From the NCBI RefSeq assembly GCF_009914755.1, contig NC_060925.1: a stretch of 64,000 nucleotides of DNA, one strand, 5' to 3'. Made by a program: the position numbers and the translations under genes. This stretch comes from the human T2T-CHM13v2.0 reference genome, Homo sapiens. Below, piece by piece: positions 51,320 to 64,000 of this stretch. The notes under the pieces are model-generated. The model saw only the letters and a list, made by a program, of their open reading frames with translations. It did not search any database and had not been told where the DNA came from. Position 1 is the first letter of the stretch. Each line of letters begins with the position of its first letter.

Positions 51320-51705
51320 AAGAAAATGTGGTATATATACACAATGGAATACTATTTGGCTGTAAAAAAGAACAAGATCATGTCCTCTGCAGCAACATGG
51401 ATGGAGCTGGAAGCCATTATACTAAGCAAACTAATGCAGGAACAGAAAGCAAAATGCCTCATGTTCTTACTCATAAGTGGGACCTAAACATTGAGTACAA
51501 ATGGACACAAAGAAGGAAACAACAGACACCGGGGCCTACTTGAGGGTAGAGTGTGCGAGGAGGCTGAGGATGGAAAAGCTACCTATCGGGTTCTTACATG
51601 GGTGACGAAAAAATCTGTATACCAAACTTCCATGACACACAATTTACCTATATAACAAACCTGTGTGTGTACCCCTGAACCTAAAATAAATTTTTTTTAA
51701 AATAA
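51320..51705 (+). mobile_element. Second L1PA16/L1PB-like 3' end in tandem
   Basis: aaatgtggtatatatacacaatggaatact ... cccctgaacctaaaataaa. Confidence 0.85.
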
Positions 51706-52393
51706 AAAATGCAGATTCTATATGGGAATTTTGTTAGCAATTGCAGTTTTCAGTCTCTGTCCCTGCTAAGTTTCTTCAAGGTAAATCATTTAGTCATTCA
51801 CAAACAAATATTTACTGGCCAACTTTATGGGCATAGCACTTTGTTAAGTAGAGAAACTTGTTATTATGGAACTTAAAAAAACAACTTGCATCAAATCACT
51901 ATAATGCAAAATAGAAAGTAATAAGTGCCATTAAAGAATTATATGTTACAGGAATTCAAAAAAAGTAAAAGATATATTCTTCCTAGTGACATTAAAGAAG
52001 TTCTCATGGAGGAGCATGTTTGAGCTGAGCCTTGAATGATGGTTACACATCTACTTTTCATATTATAAATAACACAGTTTCAGAATAGAAAAACTAGCCA
52101 CCATTAATATCATTAGTAAGAACAGTTTAAAACACATTTTAATACCCTCTCCTTATTATCCTACCTATTTTTTAGACTTATACCCACATTACCAGAGGAT
52201 ATACCCATTATATATCATAATCTTTTCCTTTTAAGCCTTATTTTTGTAAAAATCACATGTTTCATAGTCACCACAAGTCCCGAAGTCAATGTCTCTTTAG
52301 TTACTTTAGCTGTCTGGAGCTCTTTTTCTAATAGATCCTTTAGGAAGGGCTCATAGGAACAACATTCCCTGAATTCTTAAAAGTTGAATATCA

Positions 52394-52703
52394 GGTCAGG
52401 CGCGGTGGCTCACCCCTGTAATCCCAGCACTTTGGGAGGCCGAGGCAGGCGGATCACGAGGTTAGGAGATCCAGGCTGTCCTGGCTAAACGATGAAACCC
52501 TGTTTCTATTAAAAATACAAAAAATTAGCCAGGCGTGGTAGCTGGCGCCTGTAGTCCCAGCTACTGGGGAGGCTGAGGCAGGAGAATGGCGGGAACCCGG
52601 GAAGCAGAGCTTTCAGGGAGCTGAGATGGCGCCACTGCACTCCAGCCTGGGCGACAGAGACAGACTCCGTCTCAAAATAAAAAAATTTAAAAATTAAAAA
52701 AAT
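52394..52703 (+). mobile_element. AluY-like element
   Basis: Full Alu. Perfect TSD aagttgaatatca (52381-52393 / 52704-52716). Confidence 0.93.
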
Positions 52704-52802
52704 AAGTTGAATATCAGTTTTGCTGGATATAAAATTCTTGGCTTCTATTTTCTTTTCTCATGTATTTAAAATATGTTATTCTGTTTCCTTCTGGCTTAAA
52801 AT

Positions 52803-53291
52803 ATTTCCGGTAGGTTGAATAATGACCCCCAAAAATATGTATGCTCTAATGCCTGAAGCCTGTGAATGTTACCTCCTGGCAAAACAGACTTTGCAGACAC
52901 CATTAAGTTAAAGATCTTGAGATGAGGAGATTATCCTGAATTTTCCAGGGGGTTCCTAAATGTAACCATTTTTTATAAGAGAGAGACAGTGGCAGACTTG
53001 ACTGTAGAAAGGAAAGAAAGCAATGTAACTATTGAAGCAATGGGAGAAAATGTGATATGATACAGGACTATTAACCAAAGAGTGAGAAATGCCTCTAGAA
53101 TCTGGAACTAGCAAGGAGATGAGTTCTCCCGAGAGTCTCAAAAAGGAACCAGCTCTGCTAACAACATGCTTTTAGCCCCTCCAAGACTCATTTCAGACTT
53201 CTGGCCTTCAGAACTCTCAGAGAATAAATTTTGTTGTTTTAAGCCACTTCGTTCGTGGTAATTTTTTACAGCAGATATAGAAAACTAATAG
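52803..53291 (+). mobile_element. MLT1 (MaLR) LTR
   Basis: ggttgaataatgaccccc start, cagacttctggccttcagaact, aataaattttgttgttttaagccac, and aaactaata end. Confidence 0.8.
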
Positions 53292-56200
53292 AGTGTTAGT
53301 CTCAAAGAGTCTGATGATAATATTTTTGCCCAGATGCAAACAGAACTGGAGAAGCTGAAGCTCCACAGCAACACGATGAGCCAGAAGATCAGGAGCAATG
53401 GGCATGAGTTGCACAGCACCTGGCACTGTACTCCAAACTTTAGAGTAGAAAAATGGCTGTCCCTTCACTTTCACCTTCTAAATCTCATGCGAACTTTGCC
53501 TTGTTGCTACACAGGAAGAGGAATTCTGGGGACTATACTTCTAGCTTGGCTAACTTGTGTTAGTACAAACCCACCACATTTCACCCCTTGTCGACTTGAC
53601 ATCTATACACACCCCTTTAATCATACCTAACATCCAAATAAAGACAATAGTAAAATGATGCTTCTACCCAATGATGCTGATATCCGTTGTATAATCAAAA
53701 ACATGTTAGCTCTCTCCTGCAAATAAGATACAAGTTTTTTTATCCATCTTTGGATGATGTTCATTCTTCTTCTAGTTGAGTCATACTCCCTCTTTGATAT
53801 TCTCTAACTTAAGTGATAAGATATAAAATGAATTACCATTAACACTGTTAAATTAGAATGAAGAGGAATGGGAGAGTGGAAGGAAAGCACTGGCTAATAC
53901 ATAGACAAATATATTCATACCAAAATAAGAAAGAAGCTAATAACCATTCGCCTTCATTTCTAAAATTGGTCATATAGTCTTGGATGGTATTTTTAACTTC
54001 CTTTTACCACTCTTTACCCCCAGCCATTGACCCTTGCCAACAGTTCACAGAGCTGGTTTCTTCCAATTTTCAGACCTTAACTTAAATGTCATCTCCCCAG
54101 AGAGACCTTGCCTCTTTCCAATTTCAAGTAGACCATCCCATTTTTTTCTCATAGCATTCTGATTTTTTCTTTCAAATTATACGTGTTCACTGTTTCTTAT
54201 TTCTTCATGCCTCTCAAAATAACAATACTTTTGAATGAATGAACAAATTAATTCCTTCCTTTCTTTACCACCCATATGTACCAATCCCAAAGTGCTATTA
54301 GTTTTTTATTCCTGATATATTTCAGATCCATTCATTTCTTTCCAGTCGTCAGCACTCAGCTTCTTATCTGATATCCTGGCTCCTAGCTTCTCTTCAATCC
54401 AATTCATACCACTCACTATATTCAACGCTTGGTGAGAAGAAATGATTTCATATTTGTCTTTACATTTCTAGTACCTAGCACTGTAGACACACAATACATA
54501 CAGTAGAAATTCAATCGGTATCTGTGGATGAATGGATAAAGTATCATTAATTATATAAGTAATGTATTATAAAATCTACTGCTCTGTCTCAGGTCTCCTT
54601 ATGTTACAAATTGACACCCTAGAAATGAAAATTCATAGATAAAATTATTTTAGACTTTCAAATGTCTGCCTTTTCAAAAACTACTATTTATTTGACCACT
54701 AATAAAATGAGATTTAACCATGCATGCAATGAGAATTGTTTATTACTTACCTAGAAGAAGTGTGTTTGCGTCAGTGTTCAAGAGTTTAAAATAGTATGAA
54801 CATGATTAAAGGGATAGAAATAGTATTAATTTAAATAATTAAAATAATTTGGTATATTTTATCAATGCTACTTACTGATGCAACAGTATTTTGAAGTGCA
54901 TCTAGGTAATGCATGTGTGTTAGGGATACGATGAACAATAGACATGATAGCAACAAGTATTTGGGAGAGCAAAAGAGATCAAGCTCAGCTAATTTTTACT
55001 TCTCTCAAGGAAACAGATGATTACTAAGTACCTAGCACAATGCCTGGCATAGCATATAGTAGAAGCAGAAAAAATTTATTTCAAACTGGCTGAGTGTTGA
55101 TGGTTTTATAATAGTAAGTGAGATTTTCATAAATTTAAAAGGCCATGTTGCCTTAAGGAATGATCATAGGATTATAGAATGTTATACCTTGAAACTGATT
55201 ATAAGGGGAGAATACAGATTGTCATATCCTAAAAATTACTTAAAGGGTGTATGTCCTTGTTAATAAATAGTTCATCCTAAATGACAATAGAGCACTGGAC
55301 TGAAATGACCTTTAGAGATTACCTTCTGCTAATATTTCTACAACTTTGGGTCTTCCTGTTAATTACTTTTGTATTTTGTTGTTATTGTTCTTTGTTTTTA
55401 ACCTCAAGCCTCAAATACCAAAGAAGGCCAAGATCGTATAAATCAGGAGAAAAATCAGGTCTTATGTCCACAGCAATAAAGAGCTGTATTTTCTCAGCAT
55501 TGGCAGGACTCCAGGGAAATCCAAATGCTAAAAGTCTGTGTTTCCGCTCCTAACATCCCTCTGTTCCCTCAGTAGATAAGCCACAAGGATATGATCAAAG
55601 TCAATCAGTTCCATTGACCAAAATTTGATCAAAGCCCATTTTAAAATCATGCCCCATGAGACCATGGCACCAGATTTCTCAAGGGCTCTGGCATAATGGT
55701 AGGATACTCTGAGCGCTCAATCTCCTCTTCCTAAGGCAGTTCCCTCCCTGAATGCTACTCCAGTTGTTCCCCAGGCCCTTAGTCGGAACTAGAGGGCCTT
55801 ACATTCCATGACTCAGGGCCATCTGACCAGCTTTAGGGGATGGAGGGAAGGTAAGGCATTAAAAGTGTTCATGTGCCAATTCTGCTAGGTAATATTGACA
55901 TTTACATTTTAACAACATCTTTCCGTGCTTTGATCCCGTGGAGTGAATGAGTGGCTACAACAGCTACAATGGCTAGTTACAAGGTATGCTGCTAAGGAAG
56001 GCTCCAAACCATCCACATACTCCGTAAGGAAGGCTGCTGCAGGAATAAAATTCCAAAGGGCTGCCAAAAAATATATTTAAGTAATAAAAAATACATGTAT
56101 AGAGTGGTTGAAATCCGCAGGGACTACTTCTTGGTGCTCCTAACATTCCATTTGATATTTTAAAATGCTACTGAAAACCACCCCAGTATGGTCTTTATTA

Positions 56201-56509
56201 AACATTCACTTCTGAACTTAATAAGCTCTGTGCATACCTTTTGCAAAAAGTATTATAAACTTGGTTCTTATGTTCTTACAACATTTCTTTTTCTTATTCT
56301 CTTCTAGTAAAAGTAATTCAAAGCTTTTGTTCAACTGATAGAAAAAATAAGGTATTTTTATGAATTGGGCCAAAAGGGAAAACGGAAAAATGTTTATGCA
56401 TTTACCCAACATCATGAACCAGGAGGAGGGACTTGCCAAAGAGGATAGAATGTTCTATTTTGAGCATACTAAGTAGAAGAGCCCATTACATCCATACAGA
56501 GCTGCCCAG

Positions 56510-56760
56510 AAGCAGAGTAGCAGTGGTTGAAAGTGTGGTCTTGGGTGTTAACTACCCTTGATCTTGAATCTAAGCCCCACCACTTAGTAGCTGCATGCGT
56601 TTAGACAAGTTCACCTCTCAGAGTCTCAAGTTTTCAGACGTAAAATAGGAATTATACCACTTACCTCAAAGAATTGTTGAGACAATGGAAATAACAATTT
56701 ATATAAATGGCTAATACGATGCCTGGCACAGGGAAAGAACTCACTAAATGGTATTTTATT
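56510..56760. mobile_element. MIR SINE
   Basis: ccccaccacttagtagctg...gtaaaatagga...ttacctcaaagaattgttgag...tgcctggcacag. Confidence 0.65.
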
Positions 56761-57848
56761 ACTAATAACACAAGTGATTACAACAAATGAGGCACTGGAG
56801 TAGAAGACATCTGGGCTGAAAAACGGTCTTAGGTATTGCTGATGTGGGAGCATTGATTGAAGGCACAAGAATCAATGAGATTGGCAAGGGTATAGAGCAG
56901 AGACCACAACTCAAATGCCTGAGGGACTTCAGCAGTGAGTTTGTGTAAGTGCATTTGCACATTGTGTGGGTGAGGAGAACTCTTGGGAAATGGAGTTCAT
57001 GGAGTCTCCTTAAAGAGGGAAGCTGCCACTCTGTTTGGGAAGGTTGCTGCCATGCCAAAATTGGGCCCAGCATCACCAGATCTCCTGTTTCTGTTTTTGG
57101 TTTTGTTTTCAAAAAAGATCAGAAATTTCCCGATATTTAAATATCAGCTACTAAATTCAACTTAATAAACAGATGAAACACAGACATAGGCTAGACTGCG
57201 GCTCATTGGCTGCCAGATTGCAGTTTCTGCTGTAGAGAAAGAATAGGGCTGAGAGTAGAGTCCTGAAGTACACCAGCATTAAAGGGGTGGCAGAGAAAGA
57301 GGAGGGGTGATGAAGACTAAGAAAGGCAGAGAACAGAAAGAGAAGTCCAGAAAAGGGTGAGGTCAAAAAAGCTGGGGAACAGAAGTGTTTTAAGGAGGAC
57401 AACGTCATCAGCACCATCAAAAGTAGCACAGGGATCACTGTGGCCAGACTATGCTACACAAACCCATTAATAGTTGTGACCTTTTATTGAGACAGCAGAT
57501 GTAATTACCACTTAGGAGAGGGGACATAAGAAATCATCCAGGGTTAGAAATAAGGTTCTGAGGAAAGGAAAAACAGTACATGGTAGAACTCTATTTAAAT
57601 CAGTCTCTCTTGAACCATGAAGAGGGACTCTAAGGACCTCCAGTGAGCATCTTTTCAAAAGCAAAGATGGGCTTTGCCACCTCAACCATCCCTCAGATGT
57701 GTCTTTGATGGCTAAAACTGGAGGCAAGTAGGAAACTGGAAAGCTTGCCCCGTCCTCCCCTCTTCAGAGGATGAGCTACTCAGAACATGGAGAAGACAAG
57801 GATAAATGAACACTCCAACACTCTCACCAGTAGTGAATTCTGAGATCT

Positions 57849-57854
57849 TTTATT
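57849..57854 (-). terminator. TNFSF4: Distal polyadenylation signal AATAAA
   Basis: tttatt on the + strand, AU-rich sequence upstream, and GU-rich gtgttggagtgtt downstream on the minus strand. Confidence 0.7.
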
Positions 57855-58804
57855 TGTTTCCATGTAAATAGCAATATTACTATTAACTATATTATTAATA
57901 TCAATATTAATACTCTCTGAGAGCCAGGAAAGCACTAAATACAAAATTATGACTTAAAATAGGGGACCTGCCCAGTATACTTAAGAACAAATTATGATTT
58001 GGATCGGGATTGGAATCCCTTAAGCATTCTCTAAATAGAAAATATCTAACTAACAATTGATAACTGCTCTTGAAGGACTCACAAAGATGGCTGAGGAAGA
58101 TGTAAGCTTGTCCAGAAAAAAATACATTCAACATAGTAAAGGAGAAGGTTACACTCCTTGACTCATAGCAACAAGAACATAGACATTTAATATGTGCATT
58201 CACAGATAACACTGTAAGCATAAGATTCTAAACTGTTAGATATTTAACATTCCTCTCATTTAACAGAAAGAAAAGCAAGACCCAGAAATGGGAAATGACT
58301 TTCCCAAGGTTACATGGCTAGTTAGTGGCTAAGTCAAATTTAAAATTCTGATCTCCTGACTTTTCATTCAATTCTTTTCCCACAAAACTCTGCCATGTAT
58401 ATCGAAGGGTTAATTCTCCCTGTGAAGGACATGACTTACAGGGACTGAGACACACACACATATTTTTGATGGAAGGAAGGTGGAGTGAGGCTGGTGCATA
58501 GCAGAAATATCCCTGTGTGGTTGCAGAGGCCAACATGGGAAGAGCAGGCCAGGTGCACCCAAAGCGAGTGAGCACCTAAGAGAGGGGACCATGACATCAA
58601 AGACAAACAACACACACAACATATACTTAGGCCTGCATGTGCACTGCACATCTGTGAGAAATATAGATAAAAATTCCAAACTTAAAAATGAACCATGCAT
58701 TTTCTTAAATATTACCTATAGTCATAAACGTTTACTTTTTCGGATATCACTCACTGAGTAACTGCAATTTTGCAGAACATGGTCAATAACAAAAAGTGAA
58801 ATAC

Positions 58805-58835
<31 letters not shown>

Positions 58836-60275
58836 ATCTTCTGAGTAGTGAAGCCAGATATCATTGAATATCTGTCTCAGAATGATTCTTGTAAATGTAA
58901 GTATTTAGCCCAGTGCCTGGTCCACAGTAGGCCCTCCATAAATATTTAGCCATGATTATGATTCTGTGAGTGCCTTGGCAGCCACTCAGAACTTGATTCC
59001 TCTTACCTTACCTACAATTTCTTCTATTTAGCATTTTTATTTACCTTCCTTCATAACAGATTAAAATAGAGGGATGGGAATATAGTTGAAGGTGTACTTA
59101 AGAGGAAATAGAAAACAGGAAAAAAAAATCCAACTGAGACCATTTAGTGTAAGGGCGAACAGCCCTCCACCTTTCTGGAGATTCTAGAGATAATTGTAGC
59201 ACAGTACAATTCCTTGATAACACAGAATCATCCAGAAAGATTCTGTGATGTTGTATCCTCTATTGAAAATGTCAGGGAAACATGTGCTACAATTTTAAAA
59301 TACATATCTCAAAAATTTATGTTTATAAAAGGTTTGGCACAGAGAAGTTACAAATCATCTGGAAAGTTGACATGAAAAATCAGATTGTCCACAGCGCCAT
59401 AAGCATAACACATTATATCAAGTTAAGGGGACATTTCAACTAAACATAAGGGGATACTATTCCATTGAAGCCCTGGCATAGGCTGATTATAGACCCTTCT
59501 AGTTTCAATTATCAATGTGAGACTATATATGGTCTATGGTATTTCTAGACAGAGATCATTATTTTTCATAAGGCACAATAACTTCTTAGTGCTATTTGAC
59601 ATCAGATTGAATTTGATAATAGGATCACCTCATTTCTTGAAACCAGCAATGTTTCTGTGTGTACAAGACATGGAGCTGAGTGCGTATCTCAGCATAGGCA
59701 GGAGGATGAGCATGTGTTGCTTTGCCTGTCTGTGGCAAAGAATGTGTTTTCCTCCCCAGGCTATTAAAATCCGTACTGACTTTTACCCTGAGATGTCCAG
59801 TTCCCTGCTATCCTGTACAGTAAAGCTAACCCTTCACAATAAGTTATCTCACTCTCCCTGTATACAAGAAAATCTCTCTTAAGTCACTGATTAGATTTTT
59901 CAAAGCATCACATCCCCAGACAGTTCTTTGAAGGGAAATTTCTATTAACTATGTTTGGAGGCTGGGAAAGCAAAATGGTAAAGAAAAAAAGCACGTGGTA
60001 TTTCTTAGACGGCTCTCTTCAAGTCCTGATTTTTCACAAGCTGATTCTTCTTTTGAACCCCCACCAAATGAGAAAGTTTAAATTTAGGCAATATGCAAAC
60101 TGCAATCAATTTAACCTTGGAGAGGCCGCTTTGGCTTCCAGGGGTTGGTTCATACCACCTTTGGCAGATTCATAACCCCACTCCTTCACTCCTTGCTCCT
60201 CTTCATTTTGATAATGCCACACACATGTCAAATTTCCAGCAAATGGTAGTCAGGTACCGTTTTCAATGACATAAG

Positions 60276-60281
60276 TTTATT
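60276..60281 (-). terminator. TNFSF4: Candidate proximal polyadenylation signal AATAAA
   Basis: tttatt ~335 nt after the stop codon, with GU-rich tgtgtgtgg ~50 nt downstream. Confidence 0.55.
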
Positions 60282-60414
60282 ATGACAATTGCCTGACCAA
60301 TAGAAACAATGCATCTTGAAGAAGAGGCATCTATTTTTTCTTTCTCACAAAGGTGCCTAGTAGGCTCAAGGCAATCTTGGGGTGTGACGGCTAGGCAATT
60401 TAGAAAATATAAGG

Positions 60415-60453
60415 ATAAATAAGATTAACTGGTATATAAAATAAGTTTTAAAT
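60415..60453 (-). promoter_or_regulatory. TNFSF4: AU-rich element region (UUAUUUAU plus a second AUUUA)
   Basis: ataaataa at 60415-60422 and taaat at 60449-60453 on the + strand. Confidence 0.45.
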
Positions 60454-60615
60454 ATCCCTGAGGGGTGGGGGCGGGAGGGCCAGGATCTGCTTCTTGTCAC
60501 ATCCCACGTGGCTGAGCTGGGAGGCTCCTTCACTTGCAATGAAGAATCCATGCCCTGTCCACCCCCAGCTTGGTGTTCATGCTGGTGCCTGGTTTTAGAT
60601 ATTGCCATCAGCCCC

Positions 60616-60965
60616 TCAAAGGACACAGAATTCACCAGGATTTTGATGGATAAGAATCAGTTCTCCGCCATTCACATGGAAGTCATCCAGGGAGGTATTG
60701 TCAGTGGTCACATTCAAGTAGACTTTGTCTTTGTAAGTCAGAGAGGCCACCATCAAGGAGTTGACAGACCTGACCTTCTTCAGTTGGAAGAGGGGCTCCT
60801 CATCCTTCTGGTAATGAAGGCTAATGTTGACTTCCTGGGAGAAGTAGCCCTTCAGGGAGATGAGATAAAACCCATCACAGTTGATGATGACTGAGTTGTT
60901 CTGCACCTTCATGATTTCATCCTCCTTTTGGGAAGTGAGGATGAAACCTTTCTCCTTCTTATATT
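60616..60965 (-). CDS. TNFSF4: TNFSF4 / OX40 ligand, last coding exon (TNF homology domain)
   Basis: Acceptor cctccctAG at 60966-60967. Translates (E)YKKEKGFILTSQKEDEIMKVQNNSVIINCDGFYLISLKGYFSQ...HQNPGEFCVL*, matching human OX40L as I recall it. Confidence 0.98.
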
Positions 60966-61089
60966 CTAGGGAGGATAGGGGAAAATTTGTTTAATTAATT
61001 CCTAAGCATAGAATTGGGCAACAACCTTCCAATACATCTGGAATCAGATGAAGAGAAAGTGATAGGGAGAGATTTTGAAAAGAGTAAAA

Positions 61090-61173
61090 GCAGTGAGCCA
61101 AGATCCCGCCACTGCACTCCAGCCTGGGTAACAGAGTAAGACTCTGTCTCAAACAAAAAAAAAAAAGAAAAAG
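61090..61173 (+). mobile_element. Heavily 5'-truncated Alu (last ~60 nt plus A tail)
   Basis: gcagtgagccaagatcccgccactgcactccagcctggg...tctc then an A tail. TSD gagtaaaagca (61082-61092 / 61174-61184). Confidence 0.88.
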
Positions 61174-62620
61174 GAGTAAAAGCAAGAGAGCACTGTGTTT
61201 CTACCTGCAGGGTGGAAACTGCTTTACCTGTGGAATGGAAGAAGAGGCAATGTTAACACTAATGCCCAACAGAGTCTCAGATGGGGCTGAGATTCAGGAG
61301 CTGAGAGATTACAGAAATTGTCACAAAGCACCTATAGCAGGACAGGTGGTTTCAGGGTTTCCCCAATTTTTCAGAACAAGGATGGATTGGCAACTTCAGT
61401 GCCTCCTTTCTTGCTCAGTGGATGAACTATGGGCAAAGGGTGGCAGTGGTGCCCCATGCCTTAGCCCTGCACACTACCCATACTCTGAAGCTTGACTTAA
61501 AGCAATTGTTTTCAACTCTTGCCTTTCTGTCATCTGACCATGAAATGCAAATTTTCCACATGCCCCAGGCATTGGACCTATCCACAGCAGTTACTAGTGG
61601 CCTTTGTTAGCGGTCACTTAAGTTTAATAATGCAGCTGTGCACACCGTATCTGTGGATTCAGGGTGGGCTCTCAAAGCTGCAGGTGGAAGAGCTCAAGGG
61701 CATATACTTGCTTCTCTTCTCTACCTCCTGTTGCTAGTTTTTCCCGGAAGGTACTTTGGGAAGAGTCACTGCCACAGGAGAAAGAAAAGGAGGAAGTGGA
61801 GTAGGAGGCAGTGATAGACTTGGTTGTTTTGTGCAGGGCCATCCCAAGTGCAAGCCAAAAAGCCTGAACTTCTTTTATTTCCTTATTAGCATTAAAATCA
61901 TCCTGAATAGCCAAGTAACCACATCTTGGACACACCCTGTTCTGGCCCATGTTCCTTTGTTAGGCAAAAGAATAGGTCCCCACCGCTAGCCACAATTCAG
62001 TAATTCTTGCTTTGTACCAGTCCAGAGGGACATACTTTTGAACTGAAAAAGAGGACCACTTATGGAGGACAAGAAATACTTCCCTTCCCTCAGGCTCAGG
62101 AGAACTTAACTAAAAAATGAATATTCGTGTGGAAACCACTAGGGGTTGTGCTAGCACTAATCATGGACCCAAACAATCCTCTCTCTGGAGTCGAAGTTTT
62201 TATTCTATCAAGGGCTTCCCCCAACTTTCATTAAGGTAAACTCTTGCCCCAGAATACAATTAGCAGGCAATAATGTGTCTTATAGTCAGACAGACTTGTA
62301 AGAAGTAAAGCCTTAGTTTCCCTAACTAAGAAATGGAAATAATTTCTACCCAGAAGGTTCCTTGGAGGATTAAATGAGGAACATAAAGTGATTAGTACAG
62401 AGACAAGCACATATTTGATGAATAATTAATCCCCTTTTCTCTTTATACATCTGTATCCCTAATGAAAATAATATGCAGGCTACAACAATTCTGGGATTTA
62501 ATTGGAATTTAATTCCTTCCCTTAGGAAAAGAAGAGATCTTGTGTTCTAGAGGAAATTAAGAGACTGAAGAGAAGATTCTTTCAAAAATATGAATCAATT
62601 AAACTTTTGACAATACTTAC

Positions 62621-62669
62621 CGGTAAATTGTACTTTGATACTTTGAATTCGAGGATACCGATGTGATAC
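62621..62669 (-). CDS. TNFSF4: TNFSF4 internal coding exon (49 bp, not in the ORF track)
   Basis: Pyrimidine tract plus CAG (62670-62672), donor GTAAGT (62615-62620). Encodes VSHRYPRIQSIKVQFT plus 1 nt, in phase with the next exon. Confidence 0.96.
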
Positions 62670-62800
62670 CTGAGGGAGGAAGAAAGACATATTCTTAGGA
62701 AAAAAACATGAACAAATGAAATTCGCAAGTCATATTTAATGGAACAGTGAAGCAGAAATGCAGTAGCCTGTAGAGAAAACAAAAACAACAGAAGACTTGA

Positions 62801-63124
62801 CTTTTTTGTTGTTGTTGTTGTTGTTGTTTTGAGTCAGGGTCTCACTCTGACACCCAGGCTGGAGTGCAGTGACACAATCACGGCTCCCTGCAGCCTCCGC
62901 CTCCCTGGGCTCAGTGATTCCCCCACCTCAGCCTCCTGAGTAGCTGGGACTATAGGCACGCACCACCACACCTGATTAATTTTTGTTTTTTGGGGTTTTT
63001 GAGGGGGTAGAGATGGGGTTCTGCCATATTGCCCAGGCTGGTCTCAAACTCTTGACCTCAAGCAATCCTCTCACCCAGCCTCCCAAAGTGCTGGGATTAC
63101 AGGCATGAGTCGCCATGCCCGGCC
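62801..63124 (-). mobile_element. AluJ with a (CAA)n-type tail
   Basis: Reverse-complemented diverged Alu ending cccggcc, tgactttt flanks, and (gtt)n at 62808-62827. Confidence 0.88.
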
Positions 63125-63789
63125 CTGACTTTTTCTATGAAGATTGGACCTAGACTTCCACCTTCCCCCTTGCTTTTCCATAATATCTCTTAAGATAAAT
63201 TAGGACTATTGTGCTCCTTCATGCAAGCGTCTGAGATCTGTCCGCATTTCTGCCAAACTCTTCTTTGGTATACTGTTTTGTCTCACTGTGCCCCAATTTC
63301 CCATTTTGGATAACGTAGCACTATAGTCATATTGTTAAGAAACCTATTCAGTCATAGAGATTCCCTCATGGAGAATGCTGGTTCAATCAATCCATCATGG
63401 CCACAGACTCCCAGAATGCACTGGGAGGGAGTTCTGGAAGCTTCCTGCATGTCTGGTCTTTCACTTTAACGCAGGAGTAAAAGCATCCTATTTTCAGGGG
63501 ACAAAGGCAATAAAAACTGTCCCAATCCTACAGAGCTCAATATATTTGGTGTAGCTTTTTTAAACATTGGATCTTTCTCTTCAACAGCTTTAAAAACCTA
63601 ACTTGAATTAAGTCAGTATTCAATTGCTAAAAGAGAAGTAAAACAGTGAAGACAGGAAACCTGATAGATAAAACTTTTACAGTACTTTTGTGGTTAAAAG
63701 AACAAATAAGCTCAATATGGAACCAACTCCGAGATCTCTTAAGTAAAAAAAAGTTGGGGGGGGTGCAGAATTATACATAAAATATATTG

Positions 63790-63990
63790 CCATTTGTGTT
63801 AAATAATAATAATAACACCTGTGTGGGCATTGAAAGAATATACAATACATTAATGTATCTGAAAGAATACACAAGACACTAGTTGCAAATGTTGTCCCTG
63901 GAGAAAAAAATTGGAAGCCTGAGGTCAGGAGTAGGATTGACCTCTACTTTTCATGGTCTAATTTTTTAAAAAGTTTTGTGCCATTTGTTT
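63790..63990 (+). mobile_element. Ancient L1ME-like 3' fragment
   Basis: tctgaaagaatacacaagacactagttgcaaatgttg resembles an L1ME 3'UTR. Confidence 0.35.
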
Positions 63991-64000
63991 GTCTTATCTA

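Larger units (their letters stand above)
57830..60615 (-). other. TNFSF4: TNFSF4 3'UTR (long isoform; 3' end approximate), containing MIR fragments and a (CA)n repeat at ~58803-58835
   Basis: Lies between the stop codon and AATAAA at 57849-57854. Length is consistent with my recollection of a ~3.5 kb mRNA. Confidence 0.75.

Noticed and set aside
60508-60894. 128-aa antisense ORF over the TNFSF4 exon
   Set aside because: It is a shadow of the coding strand, with a GTG start and no recognisable homology or splice context.
61355-61364. NF-kB-like sites (also 3086-3095 and ~62212)
   Set aside because: Imperfect matches to GGGRNNYYCC that are expected by chance in 64 kb, with no supporting evidence.

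Overview
Primate (human-type) genomic DNA, mostly transposable-element derived. The only protein-coding gene is the 3' part of TNFSF4 (OX40 ligand) on the minus strand: a 49-bp coding exon (62621-62669), the last coding exon (60616-60965) and a ~2.8 kb 3'UTR with two AATAAA signals. The rest is intergenic. It holds a processed GOT2 pseudogene (GOT2P2) nested inside an old L1PA and itself interrupted by an AluY, a full-length but mutated L1PA3/4, an internally deleted L1PA7/8-like element, a long L1MA hosting four later insertions (including a two-LTR THE1), several ERV1 solo LTRs, Tigger3, Alus, MIR/L2/MLT fragments and microsatellites. I found no evidence of a new protein-coding system. The most unusual signals are a ~178-bp unique segment copied 5.3 kb away into an L1 without TSD or poly(A), whose ends nearly coincide with splice-site-like motifs, and several repair or insertion scars. 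Repeat subfamily names come from remembered consensus sequences and need RepeatMasker/Dfam confirmation.
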